Virus record (IMG/VR): IMGVR_UViG_3300020714_000006
Length of the DNA: 64,000 bases
Reading direction: 5' to 3' (one strand)
Origin: a virus
Lineage: Duplodnaviria; Heunggongvirae; Uroviricota; Caudoviricetes
Below are positions 9,833 through 19,191 of the stretch, in pieces (positions within the stretch are counted from its first letter, which is position 1; the number at the start of each line of letters is the position of its first letter). The translations under genes were made by a program, and so were the position numbers. A model generated the notes under the pieces. The model was not told the DNA's origin. It was given only the letters and a program-made list of their open reading frames with translations, and searched no databases.

Positions 9833-10552
9833 TCAATCTTCACCATACATTGATAAAATCTCTTTAATTACCGGATGCCGTTCAATATCACCTGTGGTAA
9901 ACTCCATAAGATCAATTAACTTAGGATTTTTATCTTTTAACCTACAAATAAAATCATCCAGACCATTTCCGCCTAACCGATCTGCTTGATTTAGGTCTCC
10001 GGTAACTACCATCTTTGAATTATCACCAAGTCTAGTTAATAACATTTTCATTTGATTTACCGTTGTTCCTTGAATTTCATCGGCAATTATATAAGAATTT
10101 TTAAATGTTCTACCACGCATATATGCTAGTGGGCTTATTTCAATAACTCCTTCTTCTAAATATCTTGATATTTCTTTTTTATGATAATATTCTGAGAAGA
10201 CGTCGAATATAGGTCTAGTCCAAGGTGCCATTTTTTCTTCTAATGTACCTGGTAGAAATCCTAAATCTTCATCAGCACTGACGGCGGGTCTTGTCACAAC
10301 GATTTTTTCAATCTTACCTTCCTGGAATAATTTAATTCCATTCTGAACTGCCAACATAGTTTTCCCTGTCCCAGCTGGACCAATTGCAAATACTATACTT
10401 TTAGACTCATCTTCTAATTTTCTTAAGTAATCTCTTTGGCTTTTATTTCTAGGGGACAGCGTAACAGCTCTACGCTTTTGTGGCATATATGGTTGAAAAT
10501 CTATTATGTTAACTTCTGATGTAAAACGTTTTTTCATTTGTTTTCTACTCAT
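9833..10552 (-). CDS. phoH: PhoH-family ATPase
   Basis: GPAGTGKT, TRPAV, LGFLPG, YMRGRTF, DEIQ, GDLNQAD, RHP. Confidence 0.95.
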   Translation of the reverse strand: MSRKQMKKRFTSEVNIIDFQPYMPQKRRAVTLSPRNKSQRDYLRKLEDESKSIVFAIGPAGTGKTMLAVQNGIKLFQEGKIEKIVVTRPAVSADEDLGFLPGTLEEKMAPWTRPIFDVFSEYYHKKEISRYLEEGVIEISPLAYMRGRTFKNSYIIADEIQGTTVNQMKMLLTRLGDNSKMVVTGDLNQADRLGGNGLDDFICRLKDKNPKLIDLMEFTTGDIERHPVIKEILSMYGED

Positions 10553-10636
10553 TCAGTATTCTCCTACTTTAATTGAGAAAATAGGACTTGTAGTAACCGC
10601 CATGATAACTACATTGGTCCTACAATAGTATTTACC
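10553..10636 (-). promoter_or_regulatory. Structured phoH leader: late box, bulged hairpin and SD-masking hairpin
   Basis: GGTAAATA..TAGGAC-CAA-TGTAGT-loop-ACTACA-A-GTCCTA, then TTCTC...GAGAA overlapping AGGAG. Confidence 0.6.
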
Positions 10637-10718
10637 TTTTTCAATAAAAAGTAAACTTATAATATTAAATTAATAGATAAATACAATTATAGTTACAACT
10701 TATAACACGGAAAAAATA

Positions 10719-11294
10719 ATGAGTACAGATGTATTAGACGTTATAAAAAATATACAAAGTTTATATGAAAACAATTCTAGCTTGGGAATCTTAAAAGATT
10801 TTGAACGAGTATTAGATGAATTAGATTTATATGTATACGATAATTGGATAGATGGTGAATTGGCTTATGGGCCAAAAGTAGATCGTCATTGGATTACTGT
10901 TGGATTCATGTGGGCATTGAAAAAAATGCCAGATCCCGACGGTGGAAAACGATTGATTGATGTTGGCTGCAAAGTACGATACCAAAAATCCCACTTAGTA
11001 GTTCCTAGAGAAATAAAACAACCATCTGATTTACGACCAGGAACTAAAAAAGGAAAATTAGACCACCATCCAATATGGGTAGTTGAAATACAAATGCCAA
11101 AAGAAGTGGCGTTTGATATTTATCGTGGATACATGGATAAAATGAAGTCGGAAAATCAAGAATCAGCTCCAACACAAGGTACGCCGTTACCAGGTGCCGC
11201 ACCAGTTCCAACTCCACCAATGGCTCAACCAGCTGGTGTTCCACCTACAGTCGGTGGCGCTCCTGCAGGTATGCCACCAGCACAGGCAGTTTAA
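10719..11294 (+). CDS. Hypothetical late protein with Pro-rich tail
   Basis: GATAAATA at 10676; clean ORF. Confidence 0.75.
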   Translation: MSTDVLDVIKNIQSLYENNSSLGILKDFERVLDELDLYVYDNWIDGELAYGPKVDRHWITVGFMWALKKMPDPDGGKRLIDVGCKVRYQKSHLVVPREIKQPSDLRPGTKKGKLDHHPIWVVEIQMPKEVAFDIYRGYMDKMKSENQESAPTQGTPLPGAAPVPTPPMAQPAGVPPTVGGAPAGMPPAQAV

Positions 11295-11296
11295 TA

Positions 11297-12031
11297 ATGA
11301 AATATATTACAGAAAGTTTACGAGCAAAAGATCTTCAAAATTTAGTAAAACCAATTTTTCAAGTTGATGCATATAAAAGTAAAATCGGCAATGATGAAAA
11401 CATAGTTGTATTAAGTTTTACCGTAGATCGGGAAGAACCGGCAAAAGATTTAGAGAATTTTATTGAAATGGGATATGACTTTGTTCTTGATGCTGATGTC
11501 AGTCCTGGTGAAACTGACGATGGAGTGTTTACAGTATTTGTTGAATTGGAACGAGGAAGACATGTACCAGAACAAATATTAGAAATATTAAACGGTGTTG
11601 AAAAACTTACCGGTGATTCTGAAATGCGTTTTAGATATTTTAAAAGTTTTAAAAGCCATGATGTAACACTTGAAAATTTAGCAGATATCATACCATTAGA
11701 TATAGAAACATACAATCAAGCAACTGAACTTTATAAAACCGATAATTATCAAGGGTTCTTCGCAAATAGCATAGTCGATGACGTTTCAGTCGCTAATGAA
11801 TCTATAAAATTTAAAAAACAATGGGCTGACCCATTGGAATTCAATATTGTTAATAGTGGTCCAAAATCAGAAATTTACAATTCTATTAATGGCCCAATAA
11901 TGATGGAAAATAAAGACATATCAGAAGTTATGTTTTATACAAAATATATAGGTAATTATAACATTACTAAAATAGGAAATACATTTATATTTGAAAACAG
12001 CGGGTGGGCTGTTGCATTGGAGAAAAAATAA
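11297..12031 (+). CDS. Hypothetical protein
   Basis: Tightly packed operon ORF. Confidence 0.75.
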   Translation: MKYITESLRAKDLQNLVKPIFQVDAYKSKIGNDENIVVLSFTVDREEPAKDLENFIEMGYDFVLDADVSPGETDDGVFTVFVELERGRHVPEQILEILNGVEKLTGDSEMRFRYFKSFKSHDVTLENLADIIPLDIETYNQATELYKTDNYQGFFANSIVDDVSVANESIKFKKQWADPLEFNIVNSGPKSEIYNSINGPIMMENKDISEVMFYTKYIGNYNITKIGNTFIFENSGWAVALEKK

Positions 12032-12657
12032 TGTCGTTTGAATTTGAATTTACAAAAGAAAAATTAGCTAAAATTATACCAGGTAATCCATATATTGATT
12101 ATTGGCATAGTGCATTGGAAATGATACTTCCAGATTATGATATCAATACAATTCCTAGAGTATCAGCTTTCTTAGCACAAACTGCACATGAAAGTGGTGG
12201 GTATAAATTTTTAAAAGAAAACTTAAACTATCGTGCTGTTACGTTAAGAAAAGTTTTTCCAAAATATTTTCCAACAGATGATCTAGCAAACAAATATGCA
12301 CAAAAACCAGAAATGATTGCTAATCGTGTATACGGTGGCAGAATGGGAAATGGAGCTGAATCAACTGGTGATGGTTTTAAGTATTGTGGCCGTGGATTAA
12401 TACAGTTAACTGGTAAATCAAACTACACAAAATTTGCAGAATCAATTGAAACACCATTAGAAGAAATTCCAGAATATCTTGCTACATTTGAAGGTGCTAT
12501 TCAATCAGCATGTTGGTTTTGGGAAGAAAATAACTTGAACCAATGGGCAGATAAAGGTGATATATTAACATTAACAAAACGAATTAATGGTGGTACTATA
12601 GGTCTTAATGATCGTATCAAACACTATGAACATGCAAAACATGTATTAGGAGCATAA
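12031..12657 (+). CDS. GH19 endolysin
   Basis: FLAQTAHESG, ENLNY, YCGRGLIQLTGKSNY, TKRINGG. Confidence 0.92.
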   Translation: MSFEFEFTKEKLAKIIPGNPYIDYWHSALEMILPDYDINTIPRVSAFLAQTAHESGGYKFLKENLNYRAVTLRKVFPKYFPTDDLANKYAQKPEMIANRVYGGRMGNGAESTGDGFKYCGRGLIQLTGKSNYTKFAESIETPLEEIPEYLATFEGAIQSACWFWEENNLNQWADKGDILTLTKRINGGTIGLNDRIKHYEHAKHVLGA

Positions 12658-12659
12658 AT

Positions 12660-13106
12660 ATGTTTATTTTAGAATTTCTACCAGACAATATAATAATTGC
12701 AATTGTAGGTGGGTGTATTGCAATAGGTATTGTTGGTTTAATTATAGATTATATAATATATAGAATACCTTTTCTACTTCCATTTCGATTTATCATTAAA
12801 TTTATATCTACTATAATATTATTAGTAGGTGTATATTTTGCGGGAGCATATGTAACAGAATTAGTATGGAAAGAGAGAGTTGCTGAAGTTCAAATGAGAG
12901 TGGCTATTGCTGAAGCAAAATCACATGAAGTTAATACAATAATTCAAGAAAAGGTTGTACAAAAAATAAAAGTTGTTGAAAAAAAGGTAATAGTTAATCA
13001 TAATATTATTGAAAAACATAAAGAAATTATTAATGCAGAATGTAAAATACCAGATATCGCATTTAAAATTTACAATATATCTGCATTAGGTGGTGCTTAT
13101 GAATAA
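12660..13106 (+). CDS. Inner-membrane spanin (Rz-like)
   Basis: N-terminal TM helices, coiled region, C-terminal Cys; follows the endolysin. Confidence 0.65.
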   Translation: MFILEFLPDNIIIAIVGGCIAIGIVGLIIDYIIYRIPFLLPFRFIIKFISTIILLVGVYFAGAYVTELVWKERVAEVQMRVAIAEAKSHEVNTIIQEKVVQKIKVVEKKVIVNHNIIEKHKEIINAECKIPDIAFKIYNISALGGAYE

Positions 13107-13365
13107 ACTTATAATTATAGGGTTATTACTTTCTGGTTGTAGTCATGTAGTTCCAGTAACTGTGAACTTTCCAGAAGTACCAGATGTTATGATGACCCCA
13201 CCTGAAAAATTAAAATCATTGTCTAGTGATAATAAAAATTTAAGTGATCTTTTAGATAATGCAAACACTAACTACGGAACTTATTACAAAGTTAGTGAAC
13301 AACTACTTGCATGGCAAGAATGGTATAAAAGCCAAAAAGAAATATATAAAAATATTAAGGAGTAG
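13099..13365 (+). CDS. Outer-membrane spanin lipoprotein (Rz1-like)
   Basis: MNKLIIIGLLLSG-C lipobox; Pro-rich mature N-terminus. Confidence 0.75.
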   Translation: MNKLIIIGLLLSGCSHVVPVTVNFPEVPDVMMTPPEKLKSLSSDNKNLSDLLDNANTNYGTYYKVSEQLLAWQEWYKSQKEIYKNIKE

Positions 13366-13367
13366 AT

Positions 13368-13832
13368 ATGAATAAGAAAAAAGAAACTTGGATAAACACT
13401 GGGTGGAGACCAGCACTAGCTTGGAGTTATGTATTAATTTGTCTATTTGATTTTATCATTGGACCAACTATATATAATGTGTTACAATTTTATAATCCTG
13501 GGCAAGATGTAGGAATGTGGCAAGCAATTACGTTACAAGGTGGTGGGTTATATCATCTTTCAATGGGTGCTATTATTGGTATATCAACACACGGTAGAAC
13601 ACAAGAAAAAATGAAAGGCGCGGATGAGCCATCTATGCCAGCTACACCAAGTTTTGGTGGTGGGATGATGAGTTCATATTCACCAACGCCAACTCCAAGT
13701 GTTGTGCCAACACCGTCATTTGCACCAACATCAAGTTATGCGCAAGCGCCTACATCAGCAGCAACAGCACCAGCCCCTGCGTTTGGTAAATTTGGAGCAG
13801 CACCGGTACAACCAGAACAACCACTATTATAA
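13368..13832 (+). CDS. Holin-like membrane protein (3TM-holin type)
   Basis: WRPALAWSY...GAIIGISTHGRTQEK; Pro/Ala tail; lysis context. Confidence 0.65.
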   Translation: MNKKKETWINTGWRPALAWSYVLICLFDFIIGPTIYNVLQFYNPGQDVGMWQAITLQGGGLYHLSMGAIIGISTHGRTQEKMKGADEPSMPATPSFGGGMMSSYSPTPTPSVVPTPSFAPTSSYAQAPTSAATAPAPAFGKFGAAPVQPEQPLL

Positions 13833-13841
13833 GGAAAACAT

Positions 13842-14003
13842 ATGAATTTAGTACTAGCATTATTGATATCATTGTCTTTATCAGCACCTGCATTATCTGT
13901 AGCGGCTGATAAAACACCAGCTGTAAAAGTTGAGAAAAAAGTAAAGAAAAAACATAAAAAATATGAAGGAACTAAAATTCCTGAAAAAGTAAATAAAAAA
14001 TAA
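13842..14003 (+). CDS. 53-aa secreted Lys-rich peptide (absent from ORF track)
   Basis: SD AAGGA; MNLVLALLISLSLSAPALSVAADKTPAVKVEKKVKKKHKKYEGTKIPEKVNKK. Confidence 0.7.
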   Translation: MNLVLALLISLSLSAPALSVAADKTPAVKVEKKVKKKHKKYEGTKIPEKVNKK

Positions 14004-14013
14004 GTTTTAATAC

Positions 14014-14068
14014 TTGACAATATGTGGTTAAATATAGTATAATGGCAACATAACTATTTTAACCACAA
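14014..14068 (+). promoter_or_regulatory. sigma70-like promoter overlapped by a long hairpin
   Basis: TTGACA-N18-TATAAT; inverted repeat tgtggttaaa..atagt / actat..tttaaccaca. Confidence 0.45.
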
Positions 14069-14078
14069 CTTGATTTTA

Positions 14079-14834
14079 TTATGATTTATATTTACAATTA
14101 TCTCCATGCCACCTAATATAATTTCCATCACGTGTATATATCCCACAATGTGGACATAAAATATTTGGTCTGGATTTTAATGTGATTGCAATTTTTTGTC
14201 TAGTTACATCGTTTACAGTATGCCCTAACAGAGATATTGACCGTTTATAATCACAATCTATAGATCTGTTTAATTGTGAAATCCGCATCTTATGTTTTGA
14301 CTCTTCCGAATGCTTCTTACCGGTATTTGCTATACTAATTTTTATTTTAGTGTCATCAGACATTGTTTTTCCAGATTGTGCAATTGAATTTCGTATATTT
14401 TGCTCTACTGTCCGTTTTATTCCAGTTTGTGCAACTCTCATTTTATGAATTGTTTCTTCTGATCTAGTTTTTCCAGTTGTTTTATTAATTCGTTTGATAA
14501 TCGTTTCTTTGCTTTGTTTATATCCAGATATACCATCACCACCATCGGTTCTATTAAGCAAAATACCAGTATTGATGTCCTTTCGTCCATACCATCTAAT
14601 TAATCTACGCTCAATCGCTAGTGCACCAACTTCTGACAAGTTCTTTTCAACTATTACTATGAATGATGCATCTTGGGGAACTGGAATTGATTTATGTTTA
14701 TTCCAAGCTCGATTAAAACACCCTTTTCCAATATAATACGGTGTTCCTGCTTTTGCTGTTGTTGAATTTGTTTTTCGAATATATGCATACACATAAAAAC
14801 GAAATAAATCTGTTGTATTTTGATAAATATTCAT
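14079..14834 (-). CDS. GIY-YIG homing endonuclease with NUMOD3 repeats
   Basis: FYVYAY...[22 protein letters not shown]; probable start MNIY at 14834 after AGGAG. Confidence 0.85.
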   Translation of the reverse strand: MNIYQNTTDLFRFYVYAYIRKTNSTTAKAGTPYYIGKGCFNRAWNKHKSIPVPQDASFIVIVEKNLSEVGALAIERRLIRWYGRKDINTGILLNRTDGGDGISGYKQSKETIIKRINKTTGKTRSEETIHKMRVAQTGIKRTVEQNIRNSIAQSGKTMSDDTKIKISIANTGKKHSEESKHKMRISQLNRSIDCDYKRSISLLGHTVNDVTRQKIAITLKSRPNILCPHCGIYTRDGNYIRWHGDNCKYKS

Positions 14835-14902
14835 GCTGGCACTCCTTACAGTGTTAGAGCAATCAGATATTTCTAGTATCGTGGATTGCACTATTATTTA
14901 TT
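14822..14902 (+). ncRNA. Endonuclease leader cassette copy 1 (candidate antisense RNA)
   Basis: GATAAATA-6nt-CTGGCACT ccttac AGTGTTAG-a-GCAATC a GATA loop TATC gtg GATTGC-5nt-TATTTAT. Confidence 0.6.
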
Positions 14903-14920
14903 ATTTTTATGTAAAAATAC

Positions 14921-14949
14921 TTGACAAATAAATTTTATATTGATATAAT
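14921..14949 (+). promoter_or_regulatory. sigma70-type early promoter
   Basis: TTGACA-N17-TATAAT. Confidence 0.8.
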
Positions 14950-14979
14950 AATCATAATTAAAACGTTAACTGGAATATT

Positions 14980-15819
14980 ATGAATTATTATAACATATTA
15001 GAAGTATCAGAAGATGCATCAATCGAAGATATAAAACAATCTTATAGAAAAAAAGCAGCAATTTTTCACCCTGATAAAGCATCTGGTGATGCTGAAAAAT
15101 TTAAAGAAATTCAAAAAGCATATGAAATTCTTAAAGACCCTCAAAAACGAGCAGAATATGATAACCAACAAACATTTGGGTATTCTAATTCTTATACAAC
15201 ACAACATGATTTTACCGATTTTTTCAGTGCAGCTTTTGGAGGATCACATCCATTTGGCGATATATTTGGTCGTGGCAGACAAATGCATAAGAATCGTGAC
15301 TTAAATTTGACTTGCCAAATTTCATTTGCTGATTCATTTACTGGTAAGCAGTTAGAAGCAAGCTATACTTTACCAAGTGGCAAACCACAAACTGTGGTAA
15401 TTGATGTCCCACCAGGTATTGAAAATGGAAATGTTATAAGGTATAATGGACTTGGTGATGATTCAATACCAAGTATACCTAGAGGTGACTTACACGTAAC
15501 GATTGTTATTATTCCTGATAAAAAATTTGACAGACGTGGGAATGATGTGTATACTACTGTTGAAATTAGCCCAATTGAAGCAATGATTGGTTGCACTAAA
15601 ACTGTTACTTCTGTATCTGGTGAAGAAATGATTATAGACATTCGACCAGGTGTTGAAACCGGAACTGAATATGCAAGGGCCAGCTGTGGATTTACAAATA
15701 TACATAATGGGCAGAAAGGTAGATTTGTATCATCTATTAAAATTAAGACACCAATTATAAAAAATGTTGACTTAATTAATAAATTGATACAACTTAATAA
15801 CGAAATTAACAATCTTTAA
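14980..15819 (+). CDS. dnaJ: DnaJ-family co-chaperone lacking the zinc finger
   Basis: J domain with HPD, G/F region, C-terminal GDLHV domain. Confidence 0.9.
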   Translation: MNYYNILEVSEDASIEDIKQSYRKKAAIFHPDKASGDAEKFKEIQKAYEILKDPQKRAEYDNQQTFGYSNSYTTQHDFTDFFSAAFGGSHPFGDIFGRGRQMHKNRDLNLTCQISFADSFTGKQLEASYTLPSGKPQTVVIDVPPGIENGNVIRYNGLGDDSIPSIPRGDLHVTIVIIPDKKFDRRGNDVYTTVEISPIEAMIGCTKTVTSVSGEEMIIDIRPGVETGTEYARASCGFTNIHNGQKGRFVSSIKIKTPIIKNVDLINKLIQLNNEINNL

Positions 15820-15835
15820 TAACAAAGGAAATAAA

Positions 15836-18118
15836 ATGGTAGAACCAAGCAAAGAATTAGAAGAAGTATTTAGCAACGCGGCTGATGCTGCTAAAAAACT
15901 AAATCATGAATATGTAACAATTGAACACGTATTGTTTTCAATGTTATCAAACCAAAATTTTGTTGATTGTATTAATGGGTTTGGCGCAGATGCATCTAAA
16001 TTACGTAAAACTATTTCTGACCATTTGACAACTAAATGTCAAGATATTACATCAACTGATACTGTTATTCATCCTAAAAAAACAGCATCATTTGAAAGAA
16101 TGATGAATAAAGCATTCACACAAGTTATTTTTAACAATAGACAAATTGTTGAAATTTCCGATGCATTTCTAATGTTGTTAAATGAAAAACGTAGTTGGGC
16201 ATATTTCTATATCACACAAGCAAATATAGAAAAAGAAAAGTTTGCTGATTATTTATCTACAACAATTGAAACAAATGATGCTCCTGCTGATTCACAAGAT
16301 CCACGCTCAGTAAAAGCACTACAATCATACACTACTGATTTAAATGTTCAGGTTAAGAAGAATAAAGTTGATCCTGTTATTGGACGAGTTGATGAATTAG
16401 AAAATATTTCATTGGCACTGGGTCGTCGTAGCAAAAATAATGTTATATTAGTTGGTGATCCAGGTGTAGGTAAAACTGCAATCGCAGAAGGTTTGGCATA
16501 TAACATTGTAAATGGTGCTGTTCCAGATTTCTTAAAAGATTATACTGTATTTAATCTTGATATTTCCGCTATGTTAGCTGGATCAAAATATCGTGGTGAT
16601 TTTGAAGAACGTTTTAAACAAGTATTAAAAGCATTAGAAAAGAAAGGCAAAACTGTTCTATTTATTGACGAAGCACACATGATCAGTGGTGCTGGTGCTG
16701 CCAATAATTCAGCAAATGATTTATCTAATATGATGAAACCAGCGTTAAGTAAAGGTAATATCAAAGTTATTGCTAGTACTACTTGGGAAGAATATCGTAA
16801 ACACTTTGAAAAAGACCGTGCTTTAATGCGTCGTTTCCAAAGAATTACAGTAGATGAACCTACTCAGGAAATGACTTTTAAAATTTTAAAAGGCATTAAA
16901 AAGTATTATGAAAAACATCATGATGTAAAAATTAAAGATGATGCTTTACAAGCTGCTATTAAATTGTCAGTAAAATATCAAGCTGATAAAAAATTGCCAG
17001 ATAAAGCTATTGATTTGATTGATTGTGCTTGTTCACGTTTTAATTTAAAATTAGCTGATACTAGAATCGTATCTGAAAAAGAAATTCAGTTTGAATTGGC
17101 TAAAATGGTTAATCTTCCAGAAGAACAAGTAATGGAAACAGAGAGTAATACACTATCTTCATTACAAGAAAAATTGGAAGAAGAAGTATATGGTCAAGAT
17201 ACTGCATTGACTGAAGTTGTTGATAAAATCTTAGTAGCACAAGCTGGATTAAAACCAGAAAATAAACCTATTGGTTCATTTGTATTTATGGGTCCAACTG
17301 GATGTGGTAAAACTGAAACTGCTAAAGCATTAGCTAAACATTTAGGTTCTACATTAATTAGATTTGATATGTCAGAATATCAAGAGAAACATAGTATCAG
17401 TAAATTGATCGGTAGTCCTCCAGGATATGTTGGATTTGAAGAAAATTCTGGATTATTGATTACGCAAATTCAAGAGCATCCTAATGCAGTATTATTATTG
17501 GATGAGATTGAAAAAGCACATCCAGATGTAATGACAGTGTTATTACAAGTTATGGATAATGGTTTTGTAACTGGTTCCAATGGTAAACGTGCAGATTGTC
17601 GTAACCTAGTGTTGATATTAACAACAAATGCTGGTGCACAAACATCTGAAAAGAATAATATTGGATTTGGTACTCAAGAAAAAGCATATAATGATGTTGA
17701 TTTGAAAAAATTCTTGACACCAGAATTCCGTAATCGTTTAGATGGAATTATTACGTTTAATAAACTTGGTAAAGAAACAATGGTTAAAGTTGTTAATAAA
17801 TTCATCGATGAAGTTCGTGACCAAGTTAAAGAAAAAGCAATTCGTATCAAAGTTACCAAAGAAGCTGTTAATTGGTTAGTTGATAAAGGGTTTGACCCAA
17901 AAATGGGTGCTAGACCATTACATCGAGTAATCGATAAAGAAATTAAACGTGATTTAGCTAAAATGATGCTATTTGGTGAATTGAAAAATGGCGGTATGTT
18001 GACAATTGGTATCGATGATGATAAAATTGTTTTAACTTCAAAGGCTAAAACACCAAAAGTAGCAAAAACTGCACCTAATTTGCCTATTGTAGAAGAAATA
18101 GAAGAAGAATTGGTGTAA
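15836..18118 (+). CDS. clpA: ClpA-like AAA+ unfoldase
   Basis: Clp N domain, GDPGVGKT, KYRGDFEER, GPTGCGKT, FDMSEY, IGF loop, MGARPL; no ClpB M-domain. Confidence 0.92.
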   Translation: MVEPSKELEEVFSNAADAAKKLNHEYVTIEHVLFSMLSNQNFVDCINGFGADASKLRKTISDHLTTKCQDITSTDTVIHPKKTASFERMMNKAFTQVIFNNRQIVEISDAFLMLLNEKRSWAYFYITQANIEKEKFADYLSTTIETNDAPADSQDPRSVKALQSYTTDLNVQVKKNKVDPVIGRVDELENISLALGRRSKNNVILVGDPGVGKTAIAEGLAYNIVNGAVPDFLKDYTVFNLDISAMLAGSKYRGDFEERFKQVLKALEKKGKTVLFIDEAHMISGAGAANNSANDLSNMMKPALSKGNIKVIASTTWEEYRKHFEKDRALMRRFQRITVDEPTQEMTFKILKGIKKYYEKHHDVKIKDDALQAAIKLSVKYQADKKLPDKAIDLIDCACSRFNLKLADTRIVSEKEIQFELAKMVNLPEEQVMETESNTLSSLQEKLEEEVYGQDTALTEVVDKILVAQAGLKPENKPIGSFVFMGPTGCGKTETAKALAKHLGSTLIRFDMSEYQEKHSISKLIGSPPGYVGFEENSGLLITQIQEHPNAVLLLDEIEKAHPDVMTVLLQVMDNGFVTGSNGKRADCRNLVLILTTNAGAQTSEKNNIGFGTQEKAYNDVDLKKFLTPEFRNRLDGIITFNKLGKETMVKVVNKFIDEVRDQVKEKAIRIKVTKEAVNWLVDKGFDPKMGARPLHRVIDKEIKRDLAKMMLFGELKNGGMLTIGIDDDKIVLTSKAKTPKVAKTAPNLPIVEEIEEELV

Positions 18119-18127
18119 AACATAAAA

Positions 18128-18172
18128 TTAAGCCCAGTTAATGGATAAATACATATTATTAACTGGGCTTAA
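18128..18172 (+). promoter_or_regulatory. Perfect 15-bp hairpin with the late promoter GATAAATA in its loop
   Basis: ttaagcccagttaat-ggataaatacatatt-attaactgggcttaa, 3 nt before ATG 18176. Confidence 0.7.
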
Positions 18173-18175
18173 ACT

Positions 18176-18550
18176 ATGCGTATTATAGAACTATTAGAAG
18201 GTAAACACTTCGACAATTTACAATTTGTTAAAAAAATCAATGATGACGGAGAAAGTGAAATAGATTTTGACTTGGCCGAAGATTTGATATTTTTCATGCA
18301 TAACAACGATGATGCATATCGTAAACATATGCATAAAAATATTGCAAAATGTATGGAAGCAATTAAAAACAAAAAAACTGTTAAACAAGACATTTTTAAA
18401 CCTGCAATACAAGAATGTTATAAAATGTACTTAAAAGAATTTCCAATTCGTGAATTGCCAGACACATTAGATGAGAAATTATGTAATGAAGTATGTGAAA
18501 AGATGCATGAAGAGGTTTGTAAACATATAAAAGACGGTAAATATGACTAA
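18176..18550 (+). CDS. Hypothetical late protein
   Basis: MRIIELLE start after a late box. Confidence 0.75.
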   Translation: MRIIELLEGKHFDNLQFVKKINDDGESEIDFDLAEDLIFFMHNNDDAYRKHMHKNIAKCMEAIKNKKTVKQDIFKPAIQECYKMYLKEFPIRELPDTLDEKLCNEVCEKMHEEVCKHIKDGKYD

Positions 18551-19191
18551 TGAGTGGAAATGCAATTTCAAATGCTAAACCAATAAAACATCAAGATTAT
18601 AAAACTTTATTAAACACATTAAAATCAATATTACCACACGGATTAACATTATATCCATATGGTAGTGCTGGAAAAAAAGATATCAGCGGAGATGCAGACT
18701 TTTTCATCGATGCTGATGATCTTTTATCAATATTCCCATCAAAAGACCTATCAGAAAGTAGAAAAACACTACAACACTACTTTATCTATAAAAATTATGA
18801 ATCAACTCGCACTGGTAATAGTGTTCATGTTGGTATACCAATAAATAACCAAATTGTTCAAGTAGATTTGACAACAATTGAAAATGCTGCTAAAATAGCA
18901 TACTTACATGATCACGTTTATGACAATAACGAGGTAAAAGGTAAGACTATTGTTAGTATCTGGTGTGATTTAGCAAATCTTACATCATCCAACCTAATGA
19001 TTAGCCCTTATAAAGGCTTATTAACTCGTGATACAAAAGAACTCATTACAAACGACCCATATGAGATAGCTAAAATCATTATTGGCCATAATGCCACTGA
19101 ATATGACATGAGATCTCCTAAAAGATTGTTAAATGCAGTGTCAAACGATGATATTAAATTTCAATACATAAAAAATACATATAATATATGA
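18550..19191 (+). CDS. Pol-beta-superfamily nucleotidyltransferase-like protein
   Basis: YGSAGKKDISGDADFF (GS..DxD) and QVDL third Asp. Confidence 0.65.
   Translation: MSGNAISNAKPIKHQDYKTLLNTLKSILPHGLTLYPYGSAGKKDISGDADFFIDADDLLSIFPSKDLSESRKTLQHYFIYKNYESTRTGNSVHVGIPINNQIVQVDLTTIENAAKIAYLHDHVYDNNEVKGKTIVSIWCDLANLTSSNLMISPYKGLLTRDTKELITNDPYEIAKIIIGHNATEYDMRSPKRLLNAVSNDDIKFQYIKNTYNI

Noticed and set aside
15019-18123. Antisense or shadow ORFs (e.g. 15363..15812, 17674..18123, also 29532..30098, 23641..24108)
   Set aside because: They lie opposite well-supported genes and have no SD or motifs.
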